NCBI RefSeq assembly: GCF_006345805.1
Contig: NW_021825630.1
Location: forward strand, 1 to 15,713
Direction of reading: 5' to 3'
From: Octopus sinensis
Taxonomy: Eukaryota
Length of the DNA: 15,713 nucleotides
The notes beneath the pieces are model-generated. The model ran no database searches. It saw only the letters and a list, made by a program, of their open reading frames with translations, and was not told where the DNA came from. The translations under genes were made by a program, and so were the position numbers. Of this stretch, positions 8,473 to 15,713 are shown one piece after another (the first letter of the stretch is position 1; each line of letters begins with the position of its first letter).

Positions 8473-11400
8473 TCATAGGACTATGCTCAAGGTGGCTTCG
8501 TCATTCATACGTGCCATTCTTGCAACATTCACCCATCTTTTTTTAAAACATTCGCTAGACAAAACTTGCCTCTCTACTCTCACTTTCCTTTTCAAGTGGT
8601 ACTTGAAGAAGTTGATGAGAGATTGACCAGAGAGGGAAGTGTTTGTCTCCAATCCTTTCAGACGCGTCCACCAGATACATTCTTTCGCCATAGCCACAAG
8701 GATGATGAAAATAGCTCTTCCTTCCCGTTTGAAGGAAGGAGGCGTGACAATATTGACGATAGACTCAGCTGATAAACCGACTCGTCCCACACGTGACAGC
8801 AGTTGTTCGACATAAGCCCACAGGTCGGAAATTGTTGGACACTGAACGAGTGCGTGCAGAACGGTTTCGTCGCTCTGACCGCATCTCGGGCAGGTCGGCC
8901 CCGTGTTTCTCGAGCCGTGTCTGTAGAGCTTATCCCGAACGGGTAGCGCTTCTCGGTAGCACTGCCAGGCCAGGGATCTCTGGAAGTTGTCCATGGGCCC
9001 TGGCCCGAAAGTCGTCCCGAACAGGCGGGTCAGGTACTCCTCGTCGACGTCCAGGTTCGCCCCGAGCTCGTCGTCGTACCTCCCCTCCACTAAACCCCTA
9101 TAGAATGCTTTGGTTGTGTTGAAGTCACTTAAGGTCGACCCAGGACGGCAGAGTTGCTTGAGAGCAACGCGACACTCGCGGTGCCATTCGCCCTTCCTCG
9201 GCCTCTTTTTGATCCACGACTGCAGTTCGGTCATGGAGACGAGCTGCGGGAAAGCGTGCCTCACAAACGGCGACCACACCTGTTCACCGTCGTCTACATA
9301 GAGCCAGAGATGTCGCAGTCTCAGCGCGTGTCTGCGCATCATCAACCACGGCATGCCCAGCCCTCCTTTTAACGGGTGTTGACAGCAAATGGATCGCCTG
9401 ACCATCGGGACGCATCCTTTCCACAAGAAGCGAAAGAGGATGCGTTGTAGTTTGGTGATGGTAGGGTCGGGACAAGGTACGACGGTCAGGCGGTAGTAGA
9501 TGACGGACGCGATGTACGTGTTCGCCACCTCCGCTCGACCTTTTAGGGACAGTTTCCTCTCGGCCCATTGCCGGGCGAGAGTGACCACCCTACTCGTTAT
9601 CTCGTTCCAGTTCTTCTCCACTTGGAGGTCCGGACCAAACCAGACCCCGAGCAACTCAACCGGGCCGTCGGTCCAGCGTCCCACGACGGAGGCGCTGGTG
9701 GACGGCATGGGCTTGCTTCTCCAGGTGCCTAGTCGCAAGCCCACTGACTTTTCCCGGTTGATTTTCGCTCCTGTCACCGCTTCGTAGTTTTTCAGTGTCT
9801 CGCCGACCAGCTCGATGTGCTCGTGGCTAGACACTATGACGGTGACGTCGTCCGCGTATGCAGACACGCTCGTCCCGCATCCCAATTCTCGCGGGATGCC
9901 CCTTAGAGTCGCCAGCTTCCGCAGTAGTGGCTCAAGAGTCAATACGTATAGAAGCGCCGAGAGGGGGCATCCCTGACGGACCGAACGTGCAATGTCGAAA
10001 GGTCTCGATAGATGTCCATTTACGCGAATTACCGAACGGATGCCTCTGTACAAGGCAGCTATCCAGCCGCGGAAGACGGGACCGAAACCAGCCGCTCTCA
10101 GGACTGCCTCCAAGTATCGATGGTCTACCCTATCAAAGGCTTTTGATTGATCCAAGTTGATCAGGGCCCCACCCATGCCAGGTTCGTTAACTACCCTGTC
10201 TATGATGTAGCGCATCAGATGGAGGTTGTCATGGATGGTCCGGCTGGCCTGGCACGGCGCATGTTTGCGCCTTGTCGACCAGTTTCTCGATGACAAGCGC
10301 CAACCTCTTGGCTAGCACCTTGGCCAAAATTTTCAAGTCTGCATTAAGCAGAGTGATGGGCCTAAAGTTATCTATTACATTTCCCTTGTTTAGATCTTTC
10401 TTCAGCAGCAGTGTTACGGCTCCTCGGCTCACAAAACCAGGAATGCTCCCGTTTTGCTGCCAGTTGCAGTACACCGCCGCCAAGAGATCTCCAAACAAGT
10501 CTGGCATACAATTGTAAAGCGTGTAGGTAGTAGACCATCCAAACCCGGTGATTTGTCCCTCGAGCATTCTGCCATCGCTTCCCGCACTTCCGCCGCCGTG
10601 ATGGCACCTTCGCAGCACCCTGCCTTTCTTGTCGAGAGTCGTGGTAGGCTATGTAGGTAGGCACTGAAGTCCACCCTACGTTCTTGCCCTCCACTCGTTC
10701 CGAACAGTCGGGCAAAATGCTGCTGAAAGGCCTCACACATTTTACTTGGCTCGAGCAATTCGCGCCCCTGTTCATCTACCAGTGACCGAATGGTGGCTTT
10801 GTTGCCCTGTTGCGCCTCTGCCACCCGGGCCTCTCTCGCGGCTCCAACACCTTCGTTCCTTAGAGCACGCATCCTAGCTCTGACAGCACATCCTTCGTGT
10901 TTGGCGTTGAAGTGTTGGTCGAGGGCCAACCTCGCCGCCAAAACGTCGGATGCGATGCCGCTTCTAATTGCCTCTTCTAGCTTCTTAACTAGCTCACCCT
11001 CTACTCTATTTCTATCTATCTATGGCTAGTGCTTTGCTGTACCTAATCGCTTCTGCTTTTACTGCTCTCTTGAGGGCAAACCACCATTTGTTGTTGATGA
11101 TGGCTCCCGTCAAAGCCCTCTTTACTAGTGTGCTAATCCGGTCTCTGAAAACTTGTCTCGATGGGAAAGACGCGTTTAGTTTCCAGTATCCGGGACCCTG
11201 CCTAAGTGTCTTACCTAAGTCTAGCGTACATGTCACAAGTTTGTGATCCGTGTAGCTGACTATGTGGAATTGTGGACATCCTATGCTATCTCTATCTACT
11301 GTCCTACACAGTATCCTATCTAGATACGATCTCGACGACCCGATGCGGTTGCTCCATGTCCACGTTGGCGCATTCGGGTGGTCTAGTCGAAACCTGTCAG

Positions 11401-11921
11401 ACAGTTGAAAGCGTCTGAGCAGGTCTCTGAGGCATTTGCATCCCCGTCTATTCCTATCTCTACCCACGTAGTCTACATGCGTGTCCAAGGTAGCATTCCA
11501 ATCCCCCACTAAGAGTAAAGGACGAGACGTTCCCAAGAAAACTTCTAGACGTTGAAAGAAATCCGCCCGACCTGTTAAGGGCGGTGCGTAAACTGATACG
11601 AGTCGAAAAGCGCACCCATTGCTGCCGTCGACATCCAGGACGACCAGTCTACCCTCCGGGTCTACGAATATTGTCCTTACATTGAGATCCAGACTCTTGT
11701 GAAAAAGTACCGCGGTGCCACTACCGCCCATTCTCGGCAGACAGGGGAAAAATAAATGTTGAACTGTCCGCCAAACATGGTCTTTAGGGCCCGCGGATTG
11801 TGGAGTCTGGTCTCGCTTATGGCTATGATTTCTAACTTATGTGACTTTATGTCATTTAAGAGGTACCCTTGTTTCAAGGGGACCCCAAGCCACGCGCATT
11901 TACACAACCAATCTTGATCAT
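8473..11921 (-). pseudogene. LINE ORF2 polyprotein (APE endonuclease - reverse transcriptase - CCHC zinc finger), ~1150 codons, five frameshifts
   Basis: ATG at 11921 gives MIKIGCVNARGL. APE motifs: ISETR, VYAP, LVGDWN, SYLDRI, TDHK. RT motifs: NLDQSKAFDRV, VRQGCPLS, YADD (9847-9858). Finger CPRC...HALVQC at 8839-8892; stop TGA at 8473-8475. Frame changes near 11880, 11745, 11015, 10527 and 10245; ~10240-8473 is uninterrupted. Confidence 0.93.
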
Positions 11922-11948
11922 AGTTCTAATGAATTAGAATACAGAGGG

Positions 11949-13482
11949 TTACTTACTGCTCGAAAGTTTTTGCTTTCTCCTCCGTTGGTTTGTCCTCGAG
12001 AAGATCCCAGTACAGTTTCTTTGTGATATTTTTGGCATTTACCAACCGCACTGGGGAAAATGCCTTTGAGTGTGTGGTGTGCAGACTTTGGAGATGTGTA
12101 TTATTTTGATGTGGTCTGGTGGTGTGTGTATGGGTGGTTGTTTGTTTTTATGTCATCTTCTGTTTGTTTGTTTTTGATTGGATGTATTCCATCAAATTTG
12201 TGTTTTTGGTGTCTATGGCTGTGAGCATGTTTGCTGTATATGTTTTTGTGGTGTTGATGTGGCTGTTGTTTGCGTTGGGTTTTGAAATGTCTTCGGGGAT
12301 GTATTTCCCCCTGCTTTGTTCGTGTTTGCATTTGGTTTGGTTGTGTTTTCTGCTCTTTATTTTCCTTCTTTTTGTAGCTATTTGCCATTCCTCACTGGTT
12401 TCGTCTTCCGACGAAATTTCTGAGGAATCAGAAGGGGGTAGGGGTATGTTGTGGCTTCTATGTATGTCTGTGTAAGTGGTTGTATTGTTGTTTTCGTTGT
12501 TGTTGGTTGTTGAGTGTTTGTGTGTGTTTTGAGTGCGGTATAAGGGATGGGGGATCAGTTTGTGTGTGATTTCTTTGTTTTTCTGTTCCTTTGGGTTTTG
12601 CTGTTGATGGTGGTGTTGGTATTTTTCCAGGTGTCGAGTGGTTTTTGGTTGATGACGGATTAGCTTGGTGTGCTTCTCTTGTCGTCTTCTGTGTTGATGG
12701 TGGTTGTGGGTAGTAGAGCTTTTTTTCCGGAGTGCTTTGGTTGTGGTTGGTTGTTGTTGTTGCTCTTGGTGTGCAGTGGTTGGGCACGTCTTTTTCAAGT
12801 GTGTTTCGCTTCCACACAAATAGCAAGCGTGGTCGCCTGCCCTCTACCACTATATAAGTTTTTAGCCTCCTGCAGTTCTATAGCCGTGGGTATCTTCTCT
12901 CTTGCTGCTTCATCCAATTGAAGCAGGAATTCGATTGATTCCCACATAGTCTTTCTCTCCTAGAACCGCGATTTCCAGGATGTTTGTCTCTGACATTGTC
13001 TCTGACATTTCAAAGCAGATGGCAGAGACCACCATTGTGTTTCGACATCAATGGTATGTTTTTTATTTGGACTTTCGTGACCCTTTTGTTTAAATAGACT
13101 GGTATCATTACCAAGTCGTCCGAATGTAGCTCCAATGTGGAAAAACGTTTTTGCTAAACTTCGTTGAGGAAACGTACTTGGACTGTACCAAATTTGTTTC
13201 CCCAACTGATATATTCCTTGGAGTCCCATACAGGACGAAGGCATTTATCGATTTTTTCCTGCGGTGGCATTTTCTGTTCTTCTTGTTTTTTTTGTTTATT
13301 ACTTTATAATTAATGTTTTTTTTTTTGCGTGTTTTCCACGATGTGTTGTGGAATATGAAGGTGCAATTTGTCTCCTTCTTTGGAGAAGAGTGCCTTTGTG
13401 CGGTTTATCTCTTGTGTGGTGAATGTTACAATTGTTCTTTTTTGTTTTGTTACGTCCGCAAAATTCGTTTTGAATTTGGCAG
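11949..13482 (-). pseudogene. LINE ORF1 (gag-like nucleic-acid-binding protein; RRM-like strands, CCHC knuckle, low-complexity C-terminus), disrupted
   Basis: Stitched translation includes NKFGTVQVRF, VTKVQIKNIP, YIVVEGRRPR then CYLCGSETHLKKTC (12784-12825), an acidic stretch plus KRRK (SSEDETSEEWQIATKRRK), and a likely end YWDLLEDKPTEEKAKLSSSK* (TAA at 11949-11951). It has one in-frame TAG and several frameshifts. Both boundaries are approximate. Confidence 0.8.
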
Positions 13483-13510
13483 TAGATAGATAGATAGATA
13501 GATAGATAGA
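13483..13510. repeat. (TAGA)7 flanking the LINE 5' end, followed by (TACA)n
   Basis: Seven perfect units in the same orientation as 8018-8041. Confidence 0.95.
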
Positions 13511-13803
13511 TACATACATAGATACATACATACATACATTCTATATATACACAATTACACATGCACACGAAATATTTATTTCACCGGGTGATTATTTATA
13601 TATACATATAATTGAACAATTATAGAATTTTAGAAAATTAGAGGAGGCGTGGTGGTGGTGGTGGGGTGGGGGCGGACTAAAAGCAAATAACAATAACTCT
13701 TTGTGTTCTTCGAAACTAATTCCGGATACAAACATTCTCTAAATTCTTTTATATTGATCATTCGCGTTATGTATATGAAAGCATATTCATATGTTATGTA
13801 AGA

Positions 13804-13806
<3 letters not shown>

Positions 13807-13861
<55 letters not shown>

Positions 13862-13911
13862 CACACATAGACACATGTGCATACGCATACGTACCCATAT
13901 ATATGTATATA

Positions 13912-13998
<87 letters not shown>

Positions 13999-14197
13999 GT
14001 ATATACGTATATATTATATACGTATATATATATATACGTATATATTTACATACATATATATATATATATATATGTATGTTTATATATATGTATACGCATA
14101 TATTTACAACATACATATATATAAATATATATATATACGTATATATTTACATACATATATATATATGTATGTTTATATATATGTATACGTATATATT

Positions 14198-14239
<42 letters not shown>

Positions 14240-14313
14240 TATATATATACGTATATATTTACATATATATATGTATATGTGTATATATATATATATATAT
14301 GCATGTATGTATG

Positions 14314-14363
<50 letters not shown>
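13807..14363. repeat. (TC)25 followed by a long (TA)n mosaic and (GT)n
   Basis: (TC)25 at 13807-13856, TA-rich array at ~13895-14330, (GT)n at ~14333-14354. Confidence 0.95.
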
Positions 14364-14373
14364 CTGACATCTA

Positions 14374-14965
14374 CACAAACATGCAGGAAGTAAATATACA
14401 CACCTTTAATTTTTTTTAATCTTTTATTTGATATTAACTGGTTGAAGGAGAGGTTTTCTTCTAGCTGCTCGTCTATAATACCCAAACTTACGCAAATATG
14501 TAACACACGTTCTTGGACTAACTTCTAGCTGTTTCGCAATGACAAAAGCCTTCGAACGGGCTTCGTTTTCCACAATTCTCTTCAAACAGCGAAGCTTCAT
14601 TTCTGAGGGAGGGCCGGGATGAGAATCTGAGGGTCGGCCGGGATGAGAATCTGCTGATTCTTTTCATTGGCTTTTGAATTGCACTATAATTCTATTAAAA
14701 GCAGCAAGAGAAATTTGAAAATTTTCGGCAATTTTTCGCTGGCTAAGACCAGCCTCAGATTGCCCAATAATATGACCTCTTTGAAAATCTGCCAGTTCTG
14801 CTGAACTTTTTGTGCGTGGCATGGTTACTCTTAGCAAATGTTTAATATAATGGTACCTGGAATGAAAAAGAATAATTACATTGTAAATTCTACACTATTG
14901 AAAATATATTAAGACGCAGAAATTTTGAAAACTAAAGGTGTCTATTTACTTGCTGCATGTCTGTG
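14374..14965 (-). mobile_element. Internally deleted, non-autonomous Tc1/mariner DNA transposon (~590 bp) with both TIRs
   Basis: Left TIR CACAAACATGCAGGAAGTAAATATACACACCTTTA from 14374, preceded by TA. Right TIR on the minus strand is CACAGACATGCAGCAAGTAAATAGACACCTTTA (~14933-14965), followed by TGTGTA. A transposase N-terminus lies between them. Confidence 0.88.
14424..14822 (-). pseudogene. Tc1-family transposase N-terminal DNA-binding region (paired-like HTH, GRP motif, second HTH); catalytic DDE domain absent
   Basis: Hand translation from ATG 14822: [131 protein letters not shown]. Internal TGA at codon 53 (14664-14666). Confidence 0.88.
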
Positions 14966-15229
14966 TGTGTATATATAAATATTTCTGATACTTGCTTAAG
15001 TTGGCTATACTGGAGCATCGCCTTAAGGAGAATTTTTACGAAGAAATCGATCCGAGGACTTATTCTTTATAAGCCTAGTGCTTATTTTATCGGGCTCCTT
15101 TGCCGAACCGCTAGGTTACACGCGAATATCGGTTGTCAAGCGATGGGTAGGGGACAAGCACAGACACAAAGACACATGCGCTCACACTAATATATATATG
15201 CACACACTAATATATATATATATATATAG

Positions 15230-15262
<33 letters not shown>

Positions 15263-15519
15263 ATATATATATATATATATATAATATATATATATATATT
15301 ATATATATGTTCCAGAGGTGAATTATTCAAACCCCAAAGAATCCTTCTCAAACATTGGCTATGATGCTCCCCACTACTTCTGTTTGTGATCAGAGATGCA
15401 CGTATCGTCAGCCACTAAGGGACATGATCAACTGGTTATGTCAAACAACTGACAAGCAAATCTGTGGTTTGAGCAGAATATTTGCTGTAGCCCATCTTTT
15501 ATACCAAGACAAAACAATG
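14765..15519 (+). repeat. Copy B of the duplicated composite segment
   Basis: Colinear with 4961-5623, with a longer internal (TA)n. Confidence 0.93.
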
Positions 15520-15589
15520 TACATGATAAACACTTTCGATCAGTTAAGATCAGAAGCCTGAGAGCCACTGTCTGGTACTGCATCAGGGC

Positions 15590-15620
<31 letters not shown>
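15310..15620 (+). mobile_element. Probable retroelement 3' region ending in an (ATT)n tail (truncated copy at ~5417-5623)
   Basis: The segment ends GGTACTGCATCAGGGCAT and runs directly into (ATT)n at 15592-15620. It resembles an abundant octopus repeat from recall; class unverified. Confidence 0.5.
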
Positions 15621-15713
15621 GAGTGAGAGAGCAGTTCATGCCATCAAAGTGACACTGGGGTAAATATACGAAGCCCAATATACCATCATGACTACCCGTC
15701 TGATAAAGGTACA

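Larger units (their letters stand above)
8042..13482 (-). mobile_element. Near full-length non-LTR retrotransposon, L1 superfamily, Tx1-like clade
   Basis: Two-ORF layout: ORF1 with a CX2CX4HX4C knuckle, and ORF2 with N-terminal APE, RT and a C-terminal CCHC finger. Motifs such as GPGYWKLN, KSPGLDGL, RPITLLNADLKILAKVL and VRQGCPLS are typical of L1/Tx1 ORF2. The 3' UTR ends in AATAAA. Ends are set by the (TAGA)n junctions. Confidence 0.92.

Noticed and set aside
8566-11246. Plus-strand and alternative-frame ORFs overlapping ORF2
   Set aside because: These are shadow ORFs of a GC-rich coding strand with no recognisable motifs.
12119-12475. Hydrophobic, membrane-protein-like 118-aa plus-strand ORF
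   Set aside because: It is the antisense of the A/C-rich ORF1 tail; T/G-rich codons give F/V/L/C automatically.
13299-14506. YI/LS/ER-repeat ORFs
   Set aside because: They are microsatellite translations. The real coding remnant nearby is the Tc1 frame at 14424-14822.
15621-15713. Start of another repeat unit after the (ATT)n tail
   Set aside because: It looks familiar as an octopus repeat, but it is cut by the window edge and has no diagnostic feature within the 93 bp available.

Overview
Eukaryotic, AT-rich, microsatellite-dense DNA with no host protein-coding gene that I can support. The SINE-type repeats resemble ones I recall from octopus genomes, so a coleoid cephalopod origin is an inference, not a search result. 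The main feature is a ~5.44 kb minus-strand non-LTR retrotransposon of the L1/Tx1 type (8042-13482). It has a disrupted ORF1 (RRM-like strands plus a CCHC knuckle), an ORF2 (APE endonuclease, RT with YADD, C-terminal CCHC finger) broken by five frameshifts, and a structured 3' UTR with AATAAA but no terminal poly(A). Both ends abut (TAGA)n arrays in the same orientation, which suggests a (GATA/TATC)n microsatellite-targeting element. Also present and missed by the ORF track: an internally deleted Tc1/mariner element with both TIRs and only the N-terminal DNA-binding region (14374-14965), and a ~0.7 kb composite (Tc1 end + SINE body + retroelement 3' end) duplicated 9.8 kb apart. The window also holds a full-length tRNA-derived SINE with a 12-bp TSD, a second SINE, a 97-bp tandem array related to dispersed monomers, and large triplet and dinucleotide arrays. 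Most ORFs in the supplied track are microsatellite or antisense artefacts.
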